Source of the DNA: Sphingorhabdus sp.
Lineage (GTDB): Bacteria > Pseudomonadota > Alphaproteobacteria > Sphingomonadales > Sphingomonadaceae
Assembly (NCBI RefSeq): GCF_046292425.1
Contig: NZ_JBKBQV010000001.1
Coordinates: forward strand, 52,175-116,174
DNA: 64,000 bases
Direction of reading: 5' to 3'
The notes beneath the pieces are model-generated. The model saw only the letters and a list, made by a program, of their open reading frames with translations. It ran no database searches and was not told the origin of the DNA. Position numbers and translations under genes: made by a program. Positions 1 through 9,972 of this stretch are shown piece by piece; position 1 is the stretch's first letter; the number at the start of each line of letters is the position of its first letter.

Positions 1-186
1 CCGCTTGTAATTGTCGAGCGTGCCAGAGATAACAATATCGGCTGGGCCAGCATTTTGTCCAAAGCTGTATAGCCACACGATGGCCATGGGCGCGATGAAG
101 AACAGGGCTAGCCAGAACACCGGTGCCGTTGCGACGGCCGCAAAAGGCTTCTTCTGGGCTTTCCAGTCCTGCAACGGCCCTGACAT
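1..186 (-). CDS. ABC transporter permease, N-terminal part (PotB/PotH-like), runs off the window edge
   Basis: Not in the ORF track because it is open at the edge. My minus-strand translation from the ATG at 186 is MSGPLQDWKAQKKPFAAVATAPVFWLALFFIAPMAIVWLYSFGQNAGPADIVISGTLDNYKR, with no stops. The hydrophobic first TM is typical of polyamine ABC permeases. It starts 3 nt after the stop of the binding-protein gene. Confidence 0.6.
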   Translation of the reverse strand, partial: MSGPLQDWKAQKKPFAAVATAPVFWLALFFIAPMAIVWLYSFGQNAGPADIVISGTLDNYKR

Positions 187-189
187 CAA

Positions 190-1299
190 TTAAGCCGCCC
201 GAACGCCGGTAAACGCCTCCTCATATTTCGGCTGAAGCTCTGCATCGAACTTGGCATATTCACATTTTGCCAAAATCGCGGCTGGCGGGAAAATGACTTG
301 GTTGTCCTTATAGTCATCCGGCATCAGCGCTTTTGCCGCCGCGTTCGGCGTGGGGTAAAGGATCGTCTCGGTAATCTTCTTGCCCGCTTCGGCATCCAAC
401 AAATAGTTGATGAATGCATGCGCGTTCTTTGGATGCGGCGCACCTTTCGGAATGCACAGATTGTCGGAGTTTAACTGACTGCCCTCCTTCGGGATGACAA
501 ATCCGATGTCGGGGTCTTCAACCATCGCCTGCGCAATGTCGCCATTATATTCAAGGACGACATCAACTTCGCCCTTAAGCAGCAAGTCCTGACCATTATC
601 TTCATGGAAGGATTTGATGTTCGGCTTTTGCTTGATCATCATCGCTTCGATCATTTTAAGGTCAGCGTCGGTCAGGCCATTGACCGATTTACCCATATAT
701 TTGCCGTAAAGGCGGAACATGTCCCCGGCCTCGGACAGCACCGCAATCCGGCCCTTATATTCATCGCTGTCGAAGAGGACCTTCCAGCTGTCCGGCACGG
801 ATTTCACTTTTGATTTGCGATAGCCGATGCCCAGCGCCAACCACGTATACGGCATGGAATATTTGCGCGCCGGATCATAAGGCACGTCTTGATAATCCGG
901 GGCAACATTTTTGAAGTTGGGGATTTGCGTCTTGTCTAGCTCAACCAACATATCGGCAGCAGCCATGCGCTCGACAAAATCGTTGGATGGCACAATGACG
1001 TCATAGCCTTGGTTGCCCGCGCGCAGCTTGGCAAACAGTTCGTCGTTGCTGGCGAACAAGGTCATATTTACGTCAACGCCCGCGCTATCCTTGTAATCTT
1101 CTAACGTGGTCTCGCCGATATAGGTGTCCCAATTGTAGAAGTTGAGCTTGGCCTCTTCACCATTGGCGAGCTTTGCCGCCTCTTTCTCGCCGCATCCGGC
1201 CAGCGTACCCGTCAGCGAAAACCCGACGGCCGCAACGCCCATGCCCTTGAGCATTGCCCGACGATTACTGCCTGCGCGCAAAAACGTCTTAAAATCCAT
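190..1299 (-). CDS. Polyamine (spermidine/putrescine) ABC transporter substrate-binding protein, PotD/PotF family
   Basis: 369-aa ORF. It has a signal/lipobox-like N-terminus (RRAMLKGMGVAAVGFSLTGTLAGC) and a PotD/PotF-like body (FYNWDTYIGE, YDVIVPSND, YTWLALGIGYRK). Confidence 0.9.
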   Translation of the reverse strand: MDFKTFLRAGSNRRAMLKGMGVAAVGFSLTGTLAGCGEKEAAKLANGEEAKLNFYNWDTYIGETTLEDYKDSAGVDVNMTLFASNDELFAKLRAGNQGYDVIVPSNDFVERMAAADMLVELDKTQIPNFKNVAPDYQDVPYDPARKYSMPYTWLALGIGYRKSKVKSVPDSWKVLFDSDEYKGRIAVLSEAGDMFRLYGKYMGKSVNGLTDADLKMIEAMMIKQKPNIKSFHEDNGQDLLLKGEVDVVLEYNGDIAQAMVEDPDIGFVIPKEGSQLNSDNLCIPKGAPHPKNAHAFINYLLDAEAGKKITETILYPTPNAAAKALMPDDYKDNQVIFPPAAILAKCEYAKFDAELQPKYEEAFTGVRAA

Positions 1300-1437
1300 A
1301 GCAAATCTCCCGCTGAAAGACGAAACGTGTCAAACCCATGCTGGACTAATATCAAGACTTAGAAAAGCCCCTTTTTTCCACGCGTTGCGGCGCAATTTAA
1401 TTGCTACTTTACGTAATTTTTGTGCACCGCAGCATAG

Positions 1438-2640
1438 CTATCTGGAGGCGGTATTTGTCTCCGCATCTACTGCCGCCTGAACCGCCTTATAAAACGCCTC
1501 GCGCTGCGCACCCACCGTATTAGGATCCGTCGCCCTGGGCCAATTGCTGTTCGATGCAATGACCAAATTGCGCTTGGGGTCGATGAAGATGCCCTGCCCG
1601 AAAATGCCTTGGGCGGCGTAACTGCCGTCATCATAAGTCCACCATTGGTACCCATAGCCTTTGCCCGGTATGCCGATGTCGGCTTGCTTGCTGGTTGCGG
1701 GCGCGATCCAATCATCGGGCAAGATGCCCACGCCATCGACTTTCGCACCGGCAAGCATGAATAAACCAAACCGCGCATAATCGCGGGTCGACGCCTGAAT
1801 GCAACAACCACTGATCTCATGTCCAGTGGCGCCCAGGAGCCAGCTTGCATTCTGTTCCATGCCAAAGGGTGCCCAAAGTTTCTCGGACAGATATTCTGAC
1901 AAGGTCTTATTGGTAGCCGAACTCACCAACACGCCAATCAAATTGGTTTCGCCGGTTTTGTAAACCCATTTGGAACCTGCAGGCGCTTCACGGGGCAGGT
2001 TGCGCATATAGCTGACCGTTACGTCCATGCCATTTTCGGCCTTGTGCTTGTTAAACAAGGCTACATCGGACTTGGGATCCTCATAATCCTCATTCCATTT
2101 GACGCCAGAGGTCATCGTCAACAACTGTTTGATGGTTACATCGTCATAAACCGAGCCTTTGAGATCAGGGATATAGGCCGACACCTTGTCATCGATGCTC
2201 TTGATGTAGCCATCCTTTATGGCTGCCCCGACCAGAGTGGACGTGAAGGATTTGGCAACCGAGAAACTCGTCCATTTGCCCTCGGCACTAAAATCTAGGC
2301 CGTATTTTTCCATCCGCACCTTGCCATCCTGAACTATGACAAGACCCGCGGTACGTTGAGTCTTCATGTAGGCGTCGACGTCAGTCCCGATCGTCAGCGG
2401 ATTGCCCTTGGGTAAAGGATAAACCCTGTCACCAGTTGCTATGATGTTGGCTTTGGCAAGAATGGGAATACGGTCCATCGTGCGAAACGCAGCGTCGCGT
2501 TGCTCTACGCTCCAGAAAAGCACGTTAGCGTCCGTCGGCAGATGGGAAATGAGCGCTTTCATGTCCTTGTCCGCGCTGACCCAAAAACCGCCTGCTGCCG
2601 CCGCAACGACAATCAACAACCCCAATATCCATTTTATCAT
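1438..2640 (-). CDS. Serine hydrolase of the beta-lactamase / PBP-like family
   Basis: Track ORF 1438..2742 trimmed to the ATG at 2640 (MIKWILGLLIVVAAAAGG membrane anchor), because the long form would overlap cfa. It has an SxxK motif (SVAKS) and the family-typical YGYQWW and GIFGQGIFIDP. Confidence 0.85.
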   Translation of the reverse strand: MIKWILGLLIVVAAAAGGFWVSADKDMKALISHLPTDANVLFWSVEQRDAAFRTMDRIPILAKANIIATGDRVYPLPKGNPLTIGTDVDAYMKTQRTAGLVIVQDGKVRMEKYGLDFSAEGKWTSFSVAKSFTSTLVGAAIKDGYIKSIDDKVSAYIPDLKGSVYDDVTIKQLLTMTSGVKWNEDYEDPKSDVALFNKHKAENGMDVTVSYMRNLPREAPAGSKWVYKTGETNLIGVLVSSATNKTLSEYLSEKLWAPFGMEQNASWLLGATGHEISGCCIQASTRDYARFGLFMLAGAKVDGVGILPDDWIAPATSKQADIGIPGKGYGYQWWTYDDGSYAAQGIFGQGIFIDPKRNLVIASNSNWPRATDPNTVGAQREAFYKAVQAAVDAETNTASR

Positions 2641-2657
2641 CCTGCTCCCCCAAAAGA

Positions 2658-3911
2658 TTATTGTTTCGCCAAAGTGACCTGCGCAACATTGATGCCGCCG
2701 CCTCGGAATCCGCCTTCGCAATACATCAGATAATAACGCCAAAGCGAAATGAATTTATCGTCGAAACCGCCAGGCAAAGTCCCGCCCGCAACCGCGGCAT
2801 CAAACCGCACCCGCCATTGCCGAAGCGTTTCTGCGTAATGCAGGCCAAAGTCATACTGGTTTTCCCAAGACAGTCCGCATTCACCCGCAATTGCCCGGAA
2901 GCGACTTTCGGACAGCAACATGCCACCGGGAAAGATGTAGTGTTGAATGAAGTCAGTGCCGCGCGCGTAGGATTCGAAGACATCGTCTTCGATCCGGATA
3001 TACTGGATCGCCGCACGGCCCCCGGGCTTTAGGCACCGGGCGATAGATTTAAGATAAGCGGGCCAATATTGCTGGCCAACTGCCTCCACCATCTCAACGC
3101 TTGCGATCGCGTCATACTGGCCAGCCACGTCGCGATAATCAGTGAGGCTGACCTGTGCGTCGCCCAAACCTGAAAGACGCGCGTCCGCATATGCTTTTTG
3201 TGCAGGCGACAAAGTTATGCCGTGGTAATGGATATAGTTCGCCCGAAGTGCCGCTTCAGCCAGTCCGCCCCAACCGCAACCTATTTCCAGCAATTTGTCA
3301 CCGTCAGATAGATGCAACCGCTTTAGCAGGCTTTGAATCTTGCGTTGTTGCGCGGTTTCCAATGCCTCATCTGCTAACATGGGCTCAGCGAACAAGGCGC
3401 TGGAATAAGTCATGCTCTCGTCAAGCCAGGCCCGATAGAAATCATTACCGAGATCATAATGGAACTCGATATTCCTGCGCGCGCCACTCCGGCTGTTGCG
3501 GCGCAAACTGTGCATTGCCAAGCCCGCAACCTTCGCTATCCCCGAAGACCGCGCAACTGTGCCAAGCGGCAATCGGTTACGCATGAACAGGTCGAATATC
3601 TGCACCGGGTTCGGGCTGCTCCACTCACCCGCCGCCCATGCTTCATACCAGCCGACTGACCCGCCGCGCACCAACCGGAGCAGCGCCTTCCAACTATGCA
3701 GGGTTACAACAGCCGTTGGCCCTGCCCCCCTGCCGCCGAGCAGCCGAGCCGACCCGTCGGGCAATATGCCCTCAATCGTCCCAAATTCCAGGCCATGATC
3801 GATCCGGTCGACGATACGTTCAAAGCCGCGCAAAAATAGCCCACCCGTAAAAGCACGCAACCCCGTAACGTGCGTGAAATGGCGGCCTCGATTCAAGTCG
3901 GCAGAATTCAT
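2658..3911 (-). CDS. cfa: Cyclopropane-fatty-acyl-phospholipid synthase (SAM-dependent methyltransferase)
   Basis: 417 aa. It has the SAM-binding motif LLEIGCGWGGLAE, and a CMAS-family C-terminus (YDFGLHYAETLRQW, WRYYLMYCEGGF). Confidence 0.9.
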   Translation of the reverse strand: MNSADLNRGRHFTHVTGLRAFTGGLFLRGFERIVDRIDHGLEFGTIEGILPDGSARLLGGRGAGPTAVVTLHSWKALLRLVRGGSVGWYEAWAAGEWSSPNPVQIFDLFMRNRLPLGTVARSSGIAKVAGLAMHSLRRNSRSGARRNIEFHYDLGNDFYRAWLDESMTYSSALFAEPMLADEALETAQQRKIQSLLKRLHLSDGDKLLEIGCGWGGLAEAALRANYIHYHGITLSPAQKAYADARLSGLGDAQVSLTDYRDVAGQYDAIASVEMVEAVGQQYWPAYLKSIARCLKPGGRAAIQYIRIEDDVFESYARGTDFIQHYIFPGGMLLSESRFRAIAGECGLSWENQYDFGLHYAETLRQWRVRFDAAVAGGTLPGGFDDKFISLWRYYLMYCEGGFRGGGINVAQVTLAKQ

Positions 3912-3952
3912 GCAGCGCCTATGCTCCAGACATCACGGCATTGCAATTGGCG

Positions 3953-4363
3953 TTATTTCTTGCGCAACTCGTCGCGGATTTCGGCGAGCAGATCGACCTG
4001 CGACGGCCCCGCCGCGGTAGGCGGAGAGACGCGGTTTGCGGCGCGTACAATCATAAAAATAACGAACGCAAGGATCAGGAAATTGATTGTCGCCGTGATG
4101 AAGCTTCCCCACCCCAGAACATTCGCGCCCGCGACCTTGGCCGCAACCAATGACATGCCAGAGGTCACTTTTGCGCCGCCACTGAGCACGATATATTTGC
4201 TGCTGAAATCTACGCCACCGCCAGTCATTAGCGTAATTAACGGCATGATGACGTCGTCTGTCAACGACGCAATGATTTTCCCAAAAGCGGCGCCAATCAG
4301 AACGCCGACAGCCAAATCCAGCACGTTGCCGCGCATGATGAATGTTTTGAATTCCCACAACAT
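3953..4363 (-). CDS. mscL: Large-conductance mechanosensitive channel
   Basis: Track ORF 3953..4432 trimmed to an internal ATG that gives MLWEFKTFIMRGNVLDLAVGVLIGAAFGKII, the canonical MscL N-terminus. About 136 aa. Confidence 0.9.
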   Translation of the reverse strand: MLWEFKTFIMRGNVLDLAVGVLIGAAFGKIIASLTDDVIMPLITLMTGGGVDFSSKYIVLSGGAKVTSGMSLVAAKVAGANVLGWGSFITATINFLILAFVIFMIVRAANRVSPPTAAGPSQVDLLAEIRDELRKK

Positions 4364-4523
4364 TATGACGATCTCCCAAATGTGAAATATTGCAAAACAT
4401 GCCATACAGGCCGCGCAAACGATAGCAGTCATTGCGAAAGCACTTCACGCGCCTTATGTATGTAACACACGCCCGTTAAAAGGCTGGATTTCTAGGCAAT
4501 TGCCCAGTGGAGGAACTCGTTAA

Positions 4524-5132
4524 ATGGTCAATAACTTTATGAAACTTCTTTTGGTACCCGTTGCAGCGGCGTCTTTGGCCGGATGCGGGATCAACAGCGT
4601 GCCAACGGCAGAGGAAAATGCTAAGGCGAAGTGGGCAGATGTGCAGGCCGCGTTTCAAGAACGGGCCAACCTGGTCCCCAATTTGGCCAATATTGTCAAA
4701 GGCGCAGCGGCGCAGGAAAACAAAACCCTTACTGAAGTTATTGAGGCACGCGCCCGCGCGACGTCGCCCAATATCCAAGTCAATCCGGACGATTTGAGCG
4801 ACCCTGCCAAGATGGCTGCGTTTCAGGCGGCACAGAACCAGCTGTCGGGCAGCCTTTCACGGCTGCTGGTGTCGGTTGAACAATATCCGCAGCTGAAAAG
4901 CCAAGAAGGCTATCTGAAGCTGCAGGATCAATTGGAAGGTCAGGAAAATCGCGTCCGCATTACGCTGCGCGATTATAACGAAGCGGTCCGTGGGTATAAC
5001 ACCACCATTCGCACATTTCCGGACATTATTGGCGCAAAGGTCATTCACGGTGCAAAGCCGATGATCCCCTATCAAGCAACCACGCCGGGAGCAGAGACAG
5101 CCCCGAAATTGGATATGGCGCCAGCGGCTTAA
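4524..5132 (+). CDS. lemA: LemA family protein
   Basis: 202 aa. GGAGGA lies 10 nt upstream of the ATG. It has a lipoprotein-like signal (LAGC) and the LemA core KWADVQAAFQERANLVPNL ... YNEAVRGYNTTIRTFP. Confidence 0.9.
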   Translation: MVNNFMKLLLVPVAAASLAGCGINSVPTAEENAKAKWADVQAAFQERANLVPNLANIVKGAAAQENKTLTEVIEARARATSPNIQVNPDDLSDPAKMAAFQAAQNQLSGSLSRLLVSVEQYPQLKSQEGYLKLQDQLEGQENRVRITLRDYNEAVRGYNTTIRTFPDIIGAKVIHGAKPMIPYQATTPGAETAPKLDMAPAA

Positions 5133-5152
5133 GGCCTATTGGGGAATTGAAC

Positions 5153-5956
5153 ATGAATAAGGCCCTTGGCCTGCTGACTGCACTGCTGCTGGCCTTTACC
5201 GGCCAAGCAGCAGTTGCGCAGAATTTTCCGAAGCTGACTGGCCGGGTGGTTGATCAGGCCAACTTGCTTGACCCGCAACAGGAGGCTGCGCTGACAGCCA
5301 AGTTGGAAGGGCTGGAAACCCGCACTAAGCGCCAATTAGTGGTGGCAACACTTAATAGCCTCGAAGGCTATGAAATCTCGGATTATGGTTATAGGCTTGG
5401 TCGGACTTGGGCGATTGGGCAGGACGGCAAAGGCGAGACCGAGAAGGATAATGGCGCGATCCTGATCGTTGCCCCGAATGAACGCAAGATGCGGATTGAG
5501 GTGGGCTATGGCCTAGAGCCAGTACTTACCGATGGCCTGTCGTCAACAATCATCCGCAACGACATTACGCCGCGCTTTAAGGATGGCGATTTTGTAGGCG
5601 GGATCAACGCAGGCGTTGACCGAATAGTCACGCAACTTGAATTGCCCGACGACGAAGCCGCCAAGATTGCAAGCGCAGCGCAACAACCTCGCGTACGCGA
5701 TGAAGGAATTCCGTTTGGTGCCATCATTTTCGTGCTGTTTCTAGTTTTCTTCGTGTTTCTGCCAATGATCCGGTCGATGAATGGCGGAGGGCGTAAACAT
5801 CGACGCGGCGGCATGGGGCCAGTGATTATTTGGGGCGGGGGCAGCGGCTTTGGTGGCAGAGGTAGCGGATTTGGCGGTGGCGGCTTTGGTGGTGGCGGCG
5901 GCTTTGGCGGCGGTGGCGGCAGCTTCGGTGGCGGCGGCGCATCGGGTGGCTGGTAG
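5153..5956 (+). CDS. TPM domain-containing protein (YgcG-like) with a Gly-rich C-terminal tail
   Basis: The track ORF starts at TTG 5147, and I prefer ATG 5153 (MNKALGLLTALLLAFTGQAAVAQ signal). It has a TPM core (GRVVDQANLL, LVVATLNSLEGYEI, GAILIVAPNERKMRIEVGYGLE), a TM segment, and a GGFGG-repeat tail. It sits in the usual position after lemA. Confidence 0.85.
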   Translation: MNKALGLLTALLLAFTGQAAVAQNFPKLTGRVVDQANLLDPQQEAALTAKLEGLETRTKRQLVVATLNSLEGYEISDYGYRLGRTWAIGQDGKGETEKDNGAILIVAPNERKMRIEVGYGLEPVLTDGLSSTIIRNDITPRFKDGDFVGGINAGVDRIVTQLELPDDEAAKIASAAQQPRVRDEGIPFGAIIFVLFLVFFVFLPMIRSMNGGGRKHRRGGMGPVIIWGGGSGFGGRGSGFGGGGFGGGGGFGGGGGSFGGGGASGGW

Positions 5957-5967
5957 GATGATTTGAT

Positions 5968-6657
5968 ATGGCCATACGTAAAATCAGTCAGATGACGGAA
6001 GCCGACCATGTGTTGGTTACCGCAGCAGTTGCCGATGCAGAACGGCATACCAGCGGGGAGATTGTCACGATTGTCACAGATTTGTCAGACCATTATGAAG
6101 ATATCGCCATGGCTTGGGCAAGCGCAGTCGCGTTCATTGCCCTTGCAACTTATGCTACATTTCCTGACTTTTATATCGGCTTGATTAACGGTTTGTCGGG
6201 TGGGTGGGGCCATGAATACACGACGGGCGAGTACGTGGCTCTGTTGCTGACCGCCGTTGCGCTGAAATGGATAGGAACTTGGTTCATCCTTAAATGGATG
6301 CCTCTGCGCCTTGCGCTCACGCCAAAGTCGACGAAGCTGGCTCGCGTACGCAACCGCGCGATCAGCCTGTTCAAGGTCGGTACGGAGGCCAAAACCGTGG
6401 GCCGGACCGGCGTACTATTATATCTTTCGATGAAAGAGCACCGCGCGGAAATCGTGACTGATGAAGCCATCGCATCTAAGGTTGCTCCAGAAGTGTGGGG
6501 TGACGCAATGGTTGCCCTGCTAGATCAGGTGAAGGCCGGGAATCCGGGGACTGGCGTCGCCGCTGCTGTGCGGCAGATGGGCGTTGTGCTCGCTGAACAT
6601 TTTCCCAAGGGCAGCGAAAATCCTAATGAAATCCCGGACAGGCTCATTGAAATATGA
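5968..6657 (+). CDS. TPM domain-containing membrane protein
   Basis: 229 aa. The motif AERHTSGEIVTIV and the later GVLLYLSMKEHRAEIVTD are typical of the third gene of lemA-TPM-TPM operons. Confidence 0.8.
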   Translation: MAIRKISQMTEADHVLVTAAVADAERHTSGEIVTIVTDLSDHYEDIAMAWASAVAFIALATYATFPDFYIGLINGLSGGWGHEYTTGEYVALLLTAVALKWIGTWFILKWMPLRLALTPKSTKLARVRNRAISLFKVGTEAKTVGRTGVLLYLSMKEHRAEIVTDEAIASKVAPEVWGDAMVALLDQVKAGNPGTGVAAAVRQMGVVLAEHFPKGSENPNEIPDRLIEI

Positions 6658-7172
6658 GTGGGCAGGACCAAGCGGAAACCATAGTGTGGCAAGGCCGCTT
6701 CATCACGGCGAAGACTCGCGGGCAATGGGAATATGTGAGCCGCGCGCGCGGCATCAAGGCGGCGGTCATCCTGGCACTTGAGGATGATCATGTCCTGCTC
6801 GTCGAACAATTTCGCGTTCCTCTGGGTGCGAATTGCATTGAATTACCCGCTGGCCTCATCGGGGACCATGAGGAGGGCGAAGACACACTTGAGTCCGCTG
6901 CCCGAGAATTGGAAGAAGAAACTGGCTATCGCGCGGAAAAATTGGAAATCGTCGGCCAGTTTTACTCGTCTCCCGGCATGTTAAGCGAGAGCTTCTCGCT
7001 CGTCCGTGCACGTGGCCTGACCAAGGTCAGTGAAGGCGGCGGGGTTGATGGCGAGAACATCACCGTCCACCGTGTTTCCTTGTCCGAATTGTCTCAATTT
7101 ATTCAAGGAAAGCGTAGCGAAGGCTGCGTCGTTGACGTCAAGTTGCTGATGCTCCCCGGGATGATCGCTTAG
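6654..7172 (+). CDS. NUDIX hydrolase (ADP-ribose pyrophosphatase-like)
   Basis: 172 aa with the Nudix box LPAGLIGDHEEGEDTLESAARELEEETGY. It has a 4-nt start/stop overlap with the upstream gene. Confidence 0.9.
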   Translation: MSGQDQAETIVWQGRFITAKTRGQWEYVSRARGIKAAVILALEDDHVLLVEQFRVPLGANCIELPAGLIGDHEEGEDTLESAARELEEETGYRAEKLEIVGQFYSSPGMLSESFSLVRARGLTKVSEGGGVDGENITVHRVSLSELSQFIQGKRSEGCVVDVKLLMLPGMIA

Positions 7173-7447
7173 CGAAAATTATCCGCATATGCCTGAAGCT
7201 TAAGTGTCTTGGGTGGCGTCGGAATATAGGTCGCGGCAATTCCCTTCTTCTCGGCATAGGCACGTGCCGCGTCAAGGCTGGGGAACGTCAATTGCACCTG
7301 GGCTTGCGTGTCGCCTGAGCCAGCCCAGCCCATCAACGGATCGGCCTTGCGTGGCTCTGCTGGCACATATTCAAGCACCCATTCGTCACGGCGTCCGCGG
7401 CCAGACTGCATGGCATTTTTGGGGCGCTGAAAGATACGGGCGGACAT
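7169..7447 (-). CDS. ETC complex I subunit conserved-region protein (NDUFS4-like)
   Basis: Track ORF trimmed to MSARIFQRPKNAMQSGRGRRDEWVLEY...PLMGWAGSGDTQAQVQLTF, the characteristic alphaproteobacterial NDUFS4-homolog sequence. About 92 aa. Confidence 0.8.
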   Translation of the reverse strand: MSARIFQRPKNAMQSGRGRRDEWVLEYVPAEPRKADPLMGWAGSGDTQAQVQLTFPSLDAARAYAEKKGIAATYIPTPPKTLKLQAYADNFR

Positions 7448-7503
7448 GGCATTTTCCTGATGATTAAACCTGATGCCGCCTTGCCCGAACACCATCTGAG
7501 TCG

Positions 7504-9972
7504 TCAAGCGTTGCGGGCTTGTGCCTTTTTCGTTTTAAGGCTGGCTACGCTTTCCCAAGGCGCTTCTGGCCAGTTGTGCTTGGGATAACGTCCACGCATC
7601 TCCTTCGCGACGTCACGCCAGCTTCCGCGCCAGAATTCAGGCAAATTGCGGGTTGTCTGGATCGGGCGACCAGCGGGCGATGTCAGGCTTAGGACAAGTG
7701 GTATGCGGTCCACGCCAACCACAGGGTGGCTATCAAGACCGAACAATGCCTGCACGCGCAATTCGACCGTTGGGCCTGCTTCTGCTGCATAGTCGATATC
7801 GTGGGTAGTTCCGGCAGGGCTTTTAAACGACGCTGGCGCAATTTGGTCGATGCGGATGCGCATGTCCCGACCGAGCATATACTCGAGTGCATTTGCCAAA
7901 TCCGATGACGTCACGTCGCGCAGGCGATTGACCTTGCCGAGCAGCGGCATAAGCCATTGCTCTGCATTCTCCAGCAATTCATTGTCGCTAAGCGAAGCCA
8001 TTCCGGCAAACTGCGCCCGCTCGCGAAGTGCACGCGACGAAGCTGTCCATGGCAGTGCATCTATCCCGATGTCGCGCACTGCCGCCAACAGAGCGCTTGC
8101 AACAGCCTGCGGGTTGGGCTTTTCCAACTTCCCCTCGCTCAACACTATTGCACCGAGACGCCGCTGAACGCGCGCATCGACCCGGTCGGCGCTTTTGTCA
8201 TAGGACAGGATTTCCTGACTGGCGACGCGGTGGGCAAATCGGTCCAAAATTTCAGCCTCGTTCAATGCCGCCGCCGTCAGTATCCGCGCACCAGACGCGG
8301 CGCCTTGCACATCCGCCACGGCGAGCCATTCCTCACGCGCCAGCGGCGAGGCGGTGTCCAATAGCAGGCCGCGGCCCATGGCGCTGATCCATTTTTCGCC
8401 CTTGGCATCCCGGCGCTTGGCGATGCGGTCGGGAAATGCCGTTGCGACGAGTTCGCCGATGCTACGAGGTTCTGCGTCACCGCTTGTCCCACATAAACGC
8501 GCAATGCGCTGCGCCAGCTTTCGAGCGGCCTCTGCTTTTGAACCCTTTTCACGGACAAAACGCTTGAAGCGGGCCTCGATATCTTCCCCCTGCCCGCCAA
8601 GACCCCGTTCTTGCAAAAGGACGGCCAACATGGCCGCGTCTGAAGCTTGTCCACCCTCCGCTGCAGCGACGACCATATGCGCGAGATTCGGAGGCAAGGG
8701 CAGGTTGGCAAGTTTGTTGCCATGCGGCGTAATACGGCCACTCTCGTCAAGCGCATCTACCGAAACCAGCAGCTTGCGCGCTTGTTTTAGCGCAGGTTCA
8801 GGCGGAAGATCAAGCCAACGCAATTTGGCAGGGTCGCTTTCGCCCCAACGCGCGCAATCCAGCAACACAGGCGCAAGGTCGCTCTCAAGTATCTCAGGGG
8901 GGTCGAAAGGAGGTAAGCCTCCATTTCCTGCTTCCTCCCACAACCGGTAGGCTACTCCCGCTTGTTGCCTCGCAGCGCGCCCGGCCCGCTGGGTGACGGC
9001 AGACAGGCTCGCGCGTTCGGTGACGAGCCGAGTGACCCCCGCCGCTTTGTCAAATCGTGCGCGCCTTGCAAGGCCGCTGTCGACCACCACCCGCACGCCA
9101 TCAATGGTTAAGCTGGTCTCCGCGATATTCGTGGCGAATATAATCTTGCGCCGGCCTTGCGGGTCACGCCGGACGGCAAGGCGCTGGGCAGCAGGGTCTA
9201 TTTGACCGTGCAGCTTGTGCACGACAGTATCGTCGCCACAAACTCCCAAGGCGTCAAATGCCCGGTCAATTTCTCGCACGCCGGGCAGAAATACCAATAG
9301 GTCGCCCTGCTGCTCCGAAAGGGCTTGGCGAACGCTTCGCACAACGTCGGTTTCAATGGGCAGTTCGGTGCGGCGCCCAACATAATGATATTCCAAAGGC
9401 CATCTTTTGCCTCCGCTTTCCAGCACTGGTGCATCGTCCATAAGCTGCGAAAAACGCCCGCCATCCAGCGTCGCCGACATCGCCAGCAAACGCAAGTCCG
9501 GACGAAACGCAGCCTGCGCCTCCAGTGCCAAGGCGAGGCCGAAATCACTGTCGGTGCTGCGTTCATGCACCTCGTCAAACAACACGGCAGAGATGCCGGA
9601 CAGCTCGGGGTCGCTGATAACCCGGTTCCGAAATATACCTTCAGTCATGACCAATATCCGGGTGTCGTGACCATGTTTGCTGTCCAGTCGGGTCGCATAG
9701 CCAACCCGTTGGCCTACTGCTTCGCCAAGATTTGCGGCTATGCGTTCTGCCGCCATGCGCGCTGCCAAACGGCGCGGGGACAGCAGGAGGATCTGTCCGG
9801 CGCAATAGGGCTGCGCTAACAACGCAGGTGCCACCATGGTGGTCTTGCCAGCACCCGGGGGCGCAATAAGCACTGCGTTCGGACTGTGACGCAACGAAGC
9901 CAGAAGGTCGGGCAGAACTGCCATGATGGGCAGTGCATCAGTTGGAGCGGACGACACCGCTTCGCCCGTCAA
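7504..9972 (-). CDS. hrpB: ATP-dependent RNA helicase HrpB
   Basis: 822 aa with Walker A PPGAGKTT, a DEVH box (LFDEVHERS), and an HrpB-type C-terminal domain. TTG start. The N-terminus LPIMAVLPDLL aligns with the E. coli HrpB N-terminus. Confidence 0.9.
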   Translation of the reverse strand: MTGEAVSSAPTDALPIMAVLPDLLASLRHSPNAVLIAPPGAGKTTMVAPALLAQPYCAGQILLLSPRRLAARMAAERIAANLGEAVGQRVGYATRLDSKHGHDTRILVMTEGIFRNRVISDPELSGISAVLFDEVHERSTDSDFGLALALEAQAAFRPDLRLLAMSATLDGGRFSQLMDDAPVLESGGKRWPLEYHYVGRRTELPIETDVVRSVRQALSEQQGDLLVFLPGVREIDRAFDALGVCGDDTVVHKLHGQIDPAAQRLAVRRDPQGRRKIIFATNIAETSLTIDGVRVVVDSGLARRARFDKAAGVTRLVTERASLSAVTQRAGRAARQQAGVAYRLWEEAGNGGLPPFDPPEILESDLAPVLLDCARWGESDPAKLRWLDLPPEPALKQARKLLVSVDALDESGRITPHGNKLANLPLPPNLAHMVVAAAEGGQASDAAMLAVLLQERGLGGQGEDIEARFKRFVREKGSKAEAARKLAQRIARLCGTSGDAEPRSIGELVATAFPDRIAKRRDAKGEKWISAMGRGLLLDTASPLAREEWLAVADVQGAASGARILTAAALNEAEILDRFAHRVASQEILSYDKSADRVDARVQRRLGAIVLSEGKLEKPNPQAVASALLAAVRDIGIDALPWTASSRALRERAQFAGMASLSDNELLENAEQWLMPLLGKVNRLRDVTSSDLANALEYMLGRDMRIRIDQIAPASFKSPAGTTHDIDYAAEAGPTVELRVQALFGLDSHPVVGVDRIPLVLSLTSPAGRPIQTTRNLPEFWRGSWRDVAKEMRGRYPKHNWPEAPWESVASLKTKKAQARNA

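Noticed and set aside
3870-4448. Two 171-aa ORFs overlapping mscL on both strands, plus the long N-terminal extension of the mscL track ORF.
   Set aside because: The MscL frame gives the canonical channel sequence starting at MLWEFKTF. The alternatives are Arg/Cys-rich with no features.
5815-5950. Repetitive GGC/GGT/TTT DNA that looks like a tandem repeat.
   Set aside because: It is in frame and encodes the GGFGG low-complexity tail commonly found at the C-terminus of YgcG/TPM proteins. It is not an independent repeat element or CRISPR.
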